DNA from: Octopus bimaculoides
Lineage: Eukaryota
Length of the DNA: 64,000 bases
Assembly: GCF_001194135.2 (NCBI RefSeq)
Contig: NC_068984.1
Location: forward strand, 121,955,205-122,019,204
Reading direction: 5' to 3'
Every line of letters starts with the position of its first letter. Position 1 is the first letter of the stretch. This document shows positions 25,257-37,600 of the stretch, in pieces. Below the pieces are notes generated by a model that was given only the letters and a program-made list of their open reading frames with translations, was not told the DNA's origin and made no database searches. Position numbers and translations under genes: made by a program.

Positions 25257-26740
25257 GGTGGCGAGCTGGCAAAACCATTAGCACAGCAGATAAAATGCTT
25301 AGCAACATTTCATCCATCTTTGCGTTCAGAGTTCAAATTCTGCTAAGGTCGACTTTGCCTTTCATCCTTTTGGGTTTGATAAATTAAGTACCAGTTATGC
25401 ACTGGGGTCAATGAAATTGACTCATCCCCTCCCCCAAAATTTCAAGCCTTGTGCCTATGGTAGAAAGGATTATTATTATTATCATTATTACCTCCGCCTT
25501 AGCGAAGGCGCAAGTATTGTTTTCAGTCGTGTTTGTTTGTTTCTTTGTTTGTCTGTGGACAAGATATCTCAAGAACTGTTGGATGGATTCAGATGAAACT
25601 TTCAGGGATGTTTGGCCTCATGACTGGCACAAACTGATTAGATTTGGGGATCAATCCAGTACCGGACAAGGATTTTGAATTATTTTTCCTGTTTTTTTAC
25701 TTAATTTTTGAGAGCAGTCAGGTTCATTTTTAATATTCTCGTTTGTGAGAGCAGTCAAACATTCTCATTTTAAAAATCATCTCTTGCTAATTGTTGAGAG
25801 GACGTTGGTATTGCCTTAGCAGAGGTTTGCGCTTTCTGAGTGCTCATATTATTATTATTATTCTGAGTCCAAATTCTGCCAAAGTTGACTTTGTCTTTCA
25901 TTTTGTCGGGGTCAATAAAATAAGTAGCAGTTGAGCACTGGGGTCAATGAAATCAACTTATCCTCTTCTCCGAAATTGTTGGCCCTGTACCAAAATTTGA
26001 AATCATTATTATTATCATGCTAGTGCATGCTAATTTAGTCAGCAGTTATTCTGTCTTTATGTTTTGTAACAAGTTTTCTCAAGTCTCAGGAATTTTCTTT
26101 AGAATTCTTGCAGAATATAGGATGGTACTTTTCTGCAGGTCAACAATGCAAATTTCAATTCCAATTTCTTTCAGTCTTTTAGATAGCCTTTTTTGCTGTT
26201 GTGCCAAGTGCACCAATTACTACTAGGAATAAATGTTGTCTTGGTATTCCATATTCTCCTCAGCCTTCAGGCTAGATCCTGATATTTCTCATTTTTCTAT
26301 TTTTGTATCAGCTCTGCTATCAAAGGGAATTGCAAAATCTATGATCTTACACTGTTTGTTTATTTTGTCCTCTATTATCATATCCAGTCTTCTTGTTTCA
26401 ATAGTATGGTCAGTCTTTATGGGGAAATCCCACAAGATCTTGCAATTCTCATTTTCTGTCACAGCCTCTGGTCTGTGTTCATATTATTATTATCATTATT
26501 ATTATTATTATTATTATTAAGGCGGTGAACTGATGGAATCATTAGCATGCCAAGCAAAATGCTTAACAGTATTTCATCTGTCTTTATGTCTTGAGTTCAA
26601 ATTCCACCAAGGTCAAATTTGCCTTTCATCCTTTCAGGGTTGATAAAATAAGTACCAGATGAGTACTGGAGTCAGTGTAATTAACTATCCCACAAAATTT
26701 CAGACCTTGTGTCTATAGTAAAAAGGATTATTATTAGAGA
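24851..26740 (+). mobile_element. Head-to-tail array of about five family-C SINE copies or fragments separated by (ATT)n and compound trinucleotide tracts
   Basis: Repeated GAGTTCAAATT...GACTTTGCCTTTCATCCTTT..GGGGT.GATAAAATAAGTACCAG near 24860, 25070, 25330, 25865 and 26595; tails end CAAAATTTGAAA.CATTATTATT. Confidence 0.8.
26017..26483 (-). mobile_element. 5'-truncated R4/Dong-clade non-LTR retrotransposon (restriction-like endonuclease C-terminus plus 3' UTR)
   Basis: With three frameshifts and one stop it reads YEHRPEAVTENENCKILWDFPIKTDHTIETRRLDMIIEDKINKQCKIIDFAIPFDSRAD..EKYQDLA*RLRRIWNTKTTFIP/VVIGALGTT..LQKSTILYSARILKKIPET* (stop at 26079-26081). Both sides are (TAA)n/(ATT)n. Confidence 0.85.
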
Positions 26741-27199
26741 AAATCATTAGAACATCAGACAAAATGCATGTGCTGTTTTGCTTTTTCCTTTCTGGGGTCA
26801 ACAAAATAAAGTTCTCAGTCAAGTACTTCCCTATTTTTTTTGTATTTATATATTTCCTTAATACTCTGATCTGTTTCCATTTGCTTGCATCTCACTATTG
26901 TTCTAATTCTGCTGTTTTTACTCTGTACTTGTTCTCCATTTACATCAGGCTCTGTCTTCCATGACATTACTATTATTAGTACAAGTATTGTTGACTTGTG
27001 AACATTATTGAACAGTCACTGGCACATCTACAGTGGATCTGACTCTCCAACTCTCTTAAACCTTGTTGTGTCCAATGCCCTTGACTCAGCATTAACCACT
27101 TTGGCCAGTCCTTCCTCTTTAGAACATCATCCCTCTGCAATATTCTCCCTGCTCATGTTTTTCTTAAAATATTAACAGCATCAGTTTCACCAGTCTCAG

Positions 27200-28660
27200 A
27201 GGGTTTGCACAGGATATGAGCACTGCCTCTCTTTCCAAATTTAGTAAGTATACAAAAACAAAAAAACTCTGCTACAAAGGCAAAAGTGATGATCTAGAAA
27301 GCAGTAACTCCAGAGGCATTAAACTGATAATCCAAGTTATGAAAGTAACAGAAAGAGCTATAACACAACTAATTATGAAGAGGATTAACTTAAGTGAGAT
27401 GCAGTCTGGGTTTTACACTAGAGCAGAATACTATTAATACTTTCTTCTAAGAAAAATAAATACAGGAAAAGCTGTTAGCTAGGAACAAGCTACTACATAG
27501 AGCATTTATTGATCTCAAGAAGGCTTTTGTGAGGGCACCACACTCTGATAGTTGTTAAGGAAACTAGGTTTAAATGAAAGGATGTTGAGAGCTATGAAAG
27601 CTATGCACAGAGATTATGTCAGTAAGCTGTGTTAGCAATGAGTTCAGTGAGGTTTTTATTGTGTAGGTAGGTGTCAACCAGCATTTGATTCTCAGCCCCC
27701 CCCCCCCGGTCTTCTTTATTATAATTCTCCAGGCCATTCAAGAGGAATTTAAGATCAGCTGTCCATGGGAACCTTTGTATACCTATCTCTGATAGCTGAA
27801 TCTGTTGAAGAATTAGAGAAGCAATTCCAAATGTTGAATTGGGATCTTAAAGTAAACCTAGCAGGAAAGAAGGCAGGACTCTACTACCATCTGAGAAATG
27901 GCCATGTGCTATATGCAGAAAGAAGCAGAAATTCAGTACTATGTACCTAATATAATCTATGATGTAAAAGAAATGCAGTAAAATCATTGGCAGGCTGACA
28001 GAAAGATACACAATAGTAGTTAGCAGTAAGAGTACCTACAAATTAAGTTCTTTGAAATGTCTGGATGTCTTACTAAAAGTAATTGACAGTTTCTGCTACC
28101 TAGGTAAACTAAATTAACAGTGGTGATGGGTTGTCTAAAACCATAGTAACCAGAACAAAATAGGAAAAGATCAGTGAACTATAACCTCTGCTGGTGACAA
28201 AGGGATTTTCTCAATGAGTGAAGGGCAGATTGTATGAAGTATGATATTGCATGGTAGAGACATACGGGCACTGAATGCATAGGATAAGCAAAGGTTGGAA
28301 AAAAATTAGGCAAACATATTCTACTAGATGCATAGTGTTAGTGTGCTTGAATGACAGAGCACAAATAATCTGAAAGGAAAACTGGTGTAAGAGGAATCAT
28401 GTGTAGAGTGCATAAGAGAAGCTTGAACTGGTATGAATGCATGGTGCGTATGATGGATGACAGTTGGGTACAGAAGTGCCAAGAGATCTAAGTAGAAGTA
28501 ACCTATAGAGGACGAAGGGTTAGTGAATGCTGATCTTAAGAAGCTGAATCCCACCAGTGATATGATAAAGGGCTACAAGGAGTGAAATATTATGCTGAAA
28601 AAGACATATCCAACCCATCCAAGCAGAGAAATAACATACACATAATGAACGATGATGGTG
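27200..28660 (+). mobile_element. Decayed RTE-clade LINE (RT to 3' end)
   Basis: CYKGKSDDLESSNSRGIKLIIQVMKVTERAITQLIMKRINLSEMQSGF is homologous to 63648-64000; ends ..CCAACCCATCCAAGCA...GATGATGGTGAT. Confidence 0.8.
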
Positions 28661-29338
28661 ATCGAGAGAAACACTTTAGTTAGAGAAGGGAATTGTTTGT
28701 CTTAGAGCAGTGTTTATAGCCTTTTATAGGCAGTCAATACAATTGCTAAGGATTACAATAGTATTAAGGTAGCAATTCTGAAGGTGTAAACCAGATAACA
28801 GTAACAGCCATCTATGACATTTACCTTGGAAAAATTCTGACAGAAAGCTACAATTTACCTTTCTGAAAATGAAATCAATGAGAAGGAAAAAGCAAAGCAA
28901 AAAAATAAATAAATTAATAAAATAACCCAAAACATTGTAATAATAATAATAATAATAATAATAATGATTTCTTAAGAATAAGAATAAGAACAATACCAAC
29001 AACAATCTAATGCTTTCTAAATACAGACAGAAATCAATGGAAGCAATATGAAATGAGTAAACCATATAAATTATTGATCTGAGGAAGAAGATGGAGAGAT
29101 TGAGACAGACAGAGGAGAAAGAGATAGAGAGAGAAATACATACACACATACACACATATATATAGCAAGAGAAGGAGAGAGAGATTTAAAGAGATGAAGA
29201 AGATAAACAGAGTAACAGAGTGAGTGAGAGAGAAGTGAGAGATAGACAGAATGGCAAACAGAGGAAAAGAGAGACAAGACAGATAGACAGGCAGGCTGGC
29301 AGACAGGCAGGCAGGCAGGCAGACAGACAGACAGACAT

Positions 29339-29375
<37 letters not shown>

Positions 29376-29567
29376 AAAACAGATAGTCAGACAAGCACAC
29401 AGAATAAGCTGAAAGACAGCTAGAAAAAGATTCTGAAGATGTTGTTTTGAAAACTTTCCAACACAAAAATATAACAATATAAAAAAGGGAAAAACAGAAA
29501 GTAAAATCAAGAAAGAAAAAAAAGACTCAAGCCTCTTTCCCATCTATTACTATTAGTAATATTACTA

Positions 29568-29612
<45 letters not shown>

Positions 29613-30181
29613 TAGACTTCCAGTATCAAAAGAAAAGTAGAGGTAGCTAGAGAAGTCCTGACCTCCAGTATATTTTACGAAAAGGTGACTGAAAGTGGAG
29701 AGAGTTTTAGAGTTAGTCTTGTCTGAATGGCTCTCTTCTCCCAACTTGTGTTTGTAAACTGACAGCATTTTGTTTTAATGTTTAATGGCAATTACAGTGA
29801 AGGGTTGAGATAGGGTGCGGATTTGTCTTATGTAAATAACTCTATTCATCCCTCTGGGATATTACATCACTGCACACATACATATAACTATACACACACA
29901 GACAGACAGACAGATAGACACACACACACACACACACACACANNNNNNNNNNNNNNNNNNNNNNNNNNNNNNNNNNNNNNNNNNNNNNNNNNNNNNNNNN
30001 NNNNNNNNNNNNNNNNNNNNNNNNNNNNNNNNNNNNNNNNNNNNNNNNNNNNNNNNNNNNNNNNNNNNNNNNNNNNNNNNNNNNNNNNNNNNNNNNNNNN
30101 NNNNNNNNNNNNNNNNNNNNNNNNNNNNNNNNNNNNNNNNNNNNNNNNNNNNNNNNNNNNNNNNNNNNNNNNNNNACACAC

Positions 30182-30337
30182 ACACACACACACACATATA
30201 TACATGTATATATATAATATATATATATATGTGCATGTGTGTGTGTGCATGTATACATATATGTATACATGCACACACACACATGCACATATATATATAT
30301 ATTATATATATACATGTATATATGTGTGTGTGTGTGT
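30182..30337. repeat. Perfect 156-bp spacerless palindrome of CA/TA microsatellite sequence next to a gap
   Basis: Centre at 30259/30260 (GTATACATATATGTATAC); plus- and minus-strand track ORFs share an identical 50+ residue string. Confidence 0.9.
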
Positions 30338-30346
30338 ATGTGTATA

Positions 30347-31233
30347 CAGGATGCAGTGAATAAACTGTTGTCTAAATTATACAAAAACGAAAATAACACT
30401 GACATCTCATTTTAACAGTTATATTTACCAAAATTACATAAAAATATTTTGAAATACTAAAGAGTAAATTTATTCAATAAAATCACCATTGGCTCCAACT
30501 ATGGCCTCCAAATGACTTTGGAATCACCTGCAACTTTTCTAGATGGTCTCCTTGTTTAAGTTGGTGAATGCTGCCATAATCCTTGCCTTCAGTTCATCTT
30601 TGGTGTTACAAGGAGTTTTGTTGGTCTCTCACTCAACTGCACACCACACATAATAATCAAGGGAGTTGCAGTCTGGGGAGTTAGGTGGCTAGATATTAAG
30701 GGTGGTGTGGTCGCAGAAATTGTCTGACAGCTATGACTGGGTTCTCCTACTTGTGTGGCATGGTGCAGAGTCCTGTTGCCAGTCATAGGGTATTCCAGCA
30801 GCTACCTTCTTGACCTAGGGCAGCACTACCACCTCCAGGCATTTAATGTAGGTCTCCATGTTGAGTCTGAGGCTGCGTGGGAAGATGAATGGAGGCATAA
30901 CGTCACCATCACTAGTGATCACTCCAAACACCATGATGTTGACTGGATGTTTGATTTTTATCACTCTTGGTAGATGTCCTCAGATTGCACTGTCCATAGA
31001 CTGACACCCAAACACTCAGAAATGTTTGTATTGGAGCTTCCAGCATGAATGCCAAGCAGTACAGCATATTGTTACCAAATTTCTGGAAGTGTGAATTGTG
31101 GCATGGTGCTGTTTTTCTCTCAGATGGTACCCAACTGACCCTACTATACTGTGTAGTTTACAAAATCAAAAACAAAGGATGCACATATACGAAATTAAAA
31201 ATATAAAATGAAAATTTAAATCATCGCACCCTG
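30347..31233 (-). mobile_element. Internally deleted maT-family (DD37D) Tc1/mariner element
   Basis: WQQDSAPCHTSRRTQS*LSDNFCDHTTLNI*PPNSPDCNSLDYYVWCAVE*ETNKTPCNTKDELKARIMAAF: 37 residues between the last two Asp. Imperfect TIRs CAGGATGCAGTGAATAAA / TTTAAATCATCGCACCCTG. Confidence 0.8.
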
Positions 31234-32068
31234 GCATTAGGAAGGGCATCCAACTGTAGAAACTCTGCCAGATTAGATTGGAGCCTGGTGCAGCCACCTG
31301 GTTCGCCAGTCCTCAGTCAACTCGTCCAACCCATGCTAGCATGGAAAACAGACGTTAAATGATGATGATGATATATATCAGGAGTGACAGCACTAAACAG
31401 TGGTTCTTAGAAATACAAACTTGTTACCATTTCAACTATACTTGAGGCATATTCAAACCTGTAAGAAAGCTTTTTCACTGTCTTTTGTCATGGAGAAAAT
31501 TTCTCACCGTAAATAAACAGGTGTAAATACACTGAGTCAGCTCACAGCATCCCCTAACCAGACTGTTGGATACATGTATTTCAGAATGTCTTCAGCTACA
31601 GAGACTAGAGAGGCAGACACTACGAAATGACACAAGAGACAGGTCCCTCTTTTAATATTCGAATCATCATTCAATGACTGGTTGTGCTATTCAGGGGGGT
31701 CACCATAAATAATATACAGGGTGACAGCGTTAAGCAGTGATGTGTCTAAATACAAACTCATTACCATTTCAAGTATGCTTGAGATACAAGTGGAAATGTA
31801 AGAAAGCCATTCACTGTATTTTGTCATGACTGGTGGGAGCACTGTGACCGGACTTGATGTACTTATACATATTTGTCTACAAGAAACTTGCTCCCTGACA
31901 AGATATAACGAATGAATTTCTTACAGGTTTAAATACATCCCAAGCATATTTGAACTGGCAACAAGTGTATATGAATATTTGTGTATGTGATATATATATG
32001 TAGAAGGTTGAAAAGGAACACATGGGTTGATATGTATAAGCAAAATAAGAGAAAGTAGAAAATGCTAA

Positions 32069-32379
32069 AATTATTTTATTATGGAGAACATTTTAGTACC
32101 GGTCTTTGCGATTTTTTCAACTTAGCATGAAAAACAATTAAATTGTGGAAAAATTAAATGAAATGTTTTTTAAAAAATATTTCCATAGTTTTCAAATGCA
32201 AGGAACATTTTCCATTTTTCTGTCTGTCTGTGTCTCTCTTTTACTTATTTTTACAATATTAAAAAAAAAACATTTCATTTAATATTTCCGCAATTTAATT
32301 GTTTTTCATGCTTTACTCTAAGTTGAAAAAGTCACAAAGACTGAAACCAGTACTAAAATGCTCTTCATGATAAAATTAT
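32069..32379. repeat. Inverted repeat with ~110-125-bp arms (32069-32180 and 32255-32379)
   Basis: The left arm CATTTTAGTACCGGTCTTTGCGATTTTTTCAACTTAGCATGAAAAACAATTAAATTGTGGAAAAATTAAATGAAATG matches the reverse complement of the right arm at ~85% with two small indels. Confidence 0.8.
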
Positions 32380-34860
32380 NNNNNNNNNNAATATCATTAT
32401 CATTTAATGTCTGTTGTCCATGCTGGCATGTAATTATATTATTTGTATTATTTTGCTTGGAAAATTTTATAGATTTTTAAAAAAAAATAATTAATTAGAA
32501 TATTTTTATATTTTTTTAAATAATTAATGAGAATATTTTTATATTTTTACTTGAAGTAATAACATCTTCACCTCTGACTGTTTCCTTCTGTGCCCTTGTG
32601 GCAAATATAGCATCACTACCACCACCACCACCACCAGTACCACCACACTGCTGCACAAACCCCACACCATCATCATTTTATTACTGTTGCTATTGTTATT
32701 ACCTTTATTAAAAAGAAATCGTTATTATTGCTATTACTATTATTGTTGTAGCTACCAGCACCGCCACCACTAACTACCATCATCATCATCATCATCATTA
32801 TCACCACCACCACCACCACCACCATCGCTATCGTCATGCAGTGTGTTTTAGTTATAGACGTCTTTATTTGCAGTCAATCTGACACAGCTAATACAGCAAG
32901 CAACTAACTAACTGCGTCAGGCTTCCCCTGACAACCAACCAGCCAACCAGTCCAAGCCAGTAGTTCACTAAATGTCACAGCTCACCCCTTGCTCCAACTC
33001 CTGCCCTCCAAGCTCAAGCCAGACAAGTTTCAGATGTCAAACATTAAGATTCTTTCATAGTTCTTTGATTTAACAATACACTGGAGAAGTGGGTGGACTA
33101 TATATTTAGATGTTGCTCTCAAATGGTAATTTATTCTCAGGTATCGTCGTCATCAGCGTCATCACCACCACCACTATCATCATCATCATCATCGTCATCG
33201 TCATCGTCATCATCATCATCATCATCACCATCATCATTTCAATCACAAACAGACACAAACAAACAAATACTATATTCTTAGTGTTTTTGTCTACTGCATG
33301 CGTGGGAGCATGTGTTTGTATTTGTTTATGTCTGTGGTTGTGCGTGCGTGTGCGTGTGTGATATGTTTCTGTTGTTAACGGTGAAGGCTGGTTGTTTTTT
33401 GATGTTCTTTGATGGTAAGAAGAAAACTAGTGGATTTGGTGGATGCTACTATTTTAGTAGTTACAATCAGATTTCTAGCTGGTTGATATGGGGGACTGGT
33501 GTAAACAAAAGTTCTAGAACGTACCTGCAATATCTCATGAACAGTGAAGTTCACCTAGAAAGCATAGTTAAAAAGAAGAAAGTAAAATGCATAAGTAGTA
33601 GATGCAGGTGTGGCTGTGTGGTAAGAATTTTGCTTCCCAACCACATGGTTCTGGGTTCAGTCCCACTGTGCAACACCTTGAGCAAAAGTGTCTCCAGCTG
33701 TATATAGCCTCAGGTTGACCAGCAACTTGAGAATAGATTTGGTAGATGGATGGTGCATTGTGTTCTAGAGCAAAATACTTAATTTCATGTTGCTCCAGTC
33801 CTCCCTTTCAATCTGGGGGGGGNNNNNNNNNNNNNNNNNNNNNNGGGGGGGGGGGGGAGAGGAGAAGGGAATATTGATCTGCTTACCTAGTCAGTGGGGT
33901 GGCATCATTCGAAAGCTAAAGCGATGCAAAGTGCATTGTGACCAGCGATGTGTAACAACATGATAGTCTGGCCTGTCATGTGATCACGCGATATATATAT
34001 ATATATATATACATGTGTGTGTGTGTGTGTGTGTGTGAGAGAGTGTATTTGTCCCACACACCTGGTACACAAATGGCATAATTTAGCGGCTCAGCACAAG
34101 AGACTGATAAAATAAGTAAGTACCAGGCTAAAAAAATTAAGTACTAGGTTGATTCAGTTAAGTAAACCAGTTCAAGTATGGTGCTCCAGTATGGCCACAG
34201 TCCAATGAATGAAAGAAGTAAAAGATAAAAGATAATGCAAAAGACATAGATTGCTGCTACAGCAAGCTCTAACCGCGTATGGCCCCTACTGGTACATTCA
34301 ATATAAACAATCACATATATCTACAAAACCCCAGAGAATACTACAACACACTTCCAAAACACTATGCTGTCAATTGACTCCAGACAAACAAATACATGTA
34401 CACAACATTGATGCCCTAAATACTGGGCTGGGATATATCCCCAAAGGTATTTATCTTTTTATCTTTTAATTGTTTCAGTCATTGAACTGTGTCCATGCTG
34501 GAGCACTCATATAATCCATTCATTATTTAACACCTAAAACGTCTTGGCTCTTGGCACCTCTTCACCAAAGAGCATAGGCTCTTATCAAAACCTTCTTCTG
34601 AACAGATTTATTGTCTATCTTTTACTTGCTTCAGTCAGTCATGCTGGGGCACTGCCTTGAAGGGTTTAGTCAAATAAATCAACCCCACTACTTAATTTCT
34701 AAGTCTAGTACATATTTTATTGATAATTTTTGCTGAACTGCTAAGTTAGAGGGACATAAACAAATCAATACTGGTTGTTGAGAAGGTTGGGCAAACACAA
34801 TCACAAAGACACGTGTGCACACACACACACATGTAAAGGTACATTGTCAAGTGGTTAGAG

Positions 34861-35630
34861 CAGTGTTTCTCAACCTTTTTACCATTGTGTAACCCTTAAA
34901 ACAAATTACATGCCACAAGGAACCCCTGCACAAAAAATATTATATACCATATCTGTCTCATATTTTTTTCATTGTAGTTCATGTGGAAAATATATATATA
35001 TAGGTGCAGGAGTGACTGTATGGTAAGAAGTTTGCTTCCCAACCACATGGTTCCGGGCATGTATCTTCTACTATAGCCTCGGGCCGACCAAAGCCTTGTG
35101 AGTGGATTTGGTAGATGGAAACTGAAAGAAGCCCGTTGTACATATGTATGTATGTATGTATATNNNNNNNNNNNNNNNNNNNNNNNNNNNNNNNNNNNNN
35201 NNNNNNNNNNNNNNNNNNNNNNNNNNNNNNNNNNNNNNNNNNNNNNNNNNNNNNNNNNNNNNNNNNNNNNNNNNNNNNNNNNNNNNNNNNNNNNNNNNNN
35301 NNNNNNNNNNNNNNNNNNNNNNNNNNNNNNNNNNNNNNNNNNNNNNNNNNNNNNNNNNNNNNNNNNNNNNNNNNNNNNNNNNNNNNNNNNNNNNNNNNNN
35401 NNNNNNNNNNNNNNNNNNNNNNNNNNNNNNNNNNNNNNNNNNNNNNNNNNNNNNNNNNNNNATATATGGTTGTTATATTTTTTGATAACATAACAGGTTA
35501 GATAGGATGATGTCAATATTACAATAACCAATAATATGTTGTGTATGTATAGTAATATTATGATCATGAAATTAGCAGAACCCTTTTGCAGAACCCTAGG
35601 GTTCCGGGGAACCCTGGTTGAGAAACGCTG
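34861..35630. mobile_element. hAT MITE with perfect 8-bp TSD, inserted in a SINE head and itself carrying a family-A SINE
   Basis: Termini CAGTGTTTCTCAACC / GGTTGAGAAACGCTG; TSD GGTTAGAG at 34853-34860 and 35631-35638. Confidence 0.9.
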
Positions 35631-36374
35631 GGTTAGAGTATCACGCTCATGATTGCAAAATTGTGATTTTGACTGCCAGACAGGCAGCATGTTGTGTTCT
35701 TGAGCAAAACACTTCATTTCATGTTGTTCCAGTCACTCAACTGTAAATGGATAACCCTGAGACAGACTGGCATTCAGTTCAAGGGAAATTTGGCCTGCCT
35801 GCCTGGCCAGCAGGAAAGCTTCATTTGAAAGCTATGACAATGTGAGGAAGCGCATTGTGATCAGCGATAAATAGCAATATCTGATAGCCTGGTAAATACA
35901 GTAAGACATACACATATATATGCATAAAGGTGTAGGTCCTGCTGTGTGGTAAGAAGTTTGTTTCCCAACCACATAGCTCCAGGCTCATTCTCACTGGGTA
36001 GTATAGCCCAGGTCAATGAAAGTCCTATGAGTGAATTTCACAGAAGGAAACTGAAAGAAGCCATCACATATGTGTGTGTACGTGTGTTTGTGCGTGCACA
36101 TGTATGTATTTGTATGTGTTGCATGTATGTGTGTATTTACACCCTTGTCTTGACATCATGGCTGTAAATTGTCATACAAACAATGTCGGTCATTTAGTGT
36201 CTTTATGGAAAACACATCTGGCTATGGGGTAATATTGCCCCATCATGGCTTGCTTGGAAACAAATGAGGGTTGGCAACAAGAAGGGTATCTGGTCATAGA
36301 AAATCTGCCTCAACAAAATTCATATGACTCATGTAAGCATGGAAAAGTGGATATGAAAACGTTGATGACAACAG

Positions 36375-36417
<43 letters not shown>

Positions 36418-37242
36418 ATACTGGCTTCAGTTGGCATGCCTTTGGACTCCATCACCGAGAGAGAAAATCATAATTGCTTTGGAATTGTGAAGGTTAATGT
36501 CACTCTCAAGTGCCCTATACAAAAAAAGGATTTATTTGGGGCAGTCAATCTCACTAGGAGCCTTAGACCTCTTTATCAACTATATCTTTAGCTGTGATAC
36601 TAGTTTTGTCAGATCTTTCATGTTGACCTTTTTAATGTAAGTAACTCTGTCAGAAATACACACACACACACAAACAAACAAAAACTAAAATACCATCACA
36701 CTTTCTACAATTGATGGGCCTTACAATATCTGATGACCTTTCATGGTAACCACACAAAAACAGTAAAGTACAGTAAAGACTCTATGACAAAGGCCATTGT
36801 TTTCTATTCAGAGAGCAATATTGAACAGTTATTGTTTGACCTACACTATAGTACATCTACAGATCTAGGATTGTGGTGATACTCCTCCCACCATCACCAC
36901 CAGTGTCACCACTGCAGTCACTACCACCTACACATTCTGGACAGTGTGCCCAAACTACAAAAGATAAATCATTTTCTAAATTTCATTTCCACAAATTTTT
37001 TTTTTATGCCCCAGTTTATGAGGACTGGAAATGCTACACTTACTGCTCCCTTTCCCTATATATTTACGCATATATAGGTTAAGACATATTTAATGATTAT
37101 TAGAAAGCCGTTAACACACTCCTTAATGTATTTATTCTAGGTTTTCAGTGGTTTATGACTAAATATATTTTCATTTGCATGATTGTCTAATTACCATATA
37201 GCTGCATTCCATACTGCATTATTCTATATATGACGTATATTT

Positions 37243-37273
<31 letters not shown>

Positions 37274-37545
37274 TGAGAAAGAGAGAGAGTGAGAAAGAGA
37301 GAGAGTGAGAAAGAGAGAGAGTGTGTGTGTGTGTGTGTGAATGTGTAGATGTACATACAGTTACATCACATGATGCAGTCCTTAGATCAGTTGGATCCCT
37401 TCAAACCATCCAACCCATGCCAGCACGGAAGATTGATGATGATGATCATCATATCATCATCACACACACCCACACATATATAGGTCCAACCCATACCAGC
37501 ACGGAAAAAAGATGTTAAAGGGTGATGATATTGACGATGATGATG

Positions 37546-37600
<55 letters not shown>

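Noticed and set aside
24851-26740. Regularly spaced repeats that might suggest a CRISPR-like array
   Set aside because: The units are 150-230-bp tRNA-derived SINEs with microsatellite linkers in eukaryotic DNA; there are no unique spacers and no cas genes.
33525-33554. Similarity of VNFTVHEI to the eEF2 N-terminus (MVNFTVD.IR)
   Set aside because: The match is only five residues; the downstream sequence has no eEF2 similarity and a donor follows after 30 nt.
36730-36760. CTGATGA-CC-TTTCAT-GG hammerhead-like start
   Set aside because: No GAAA, no stem III and no stem I; stem II has only 2 bp.
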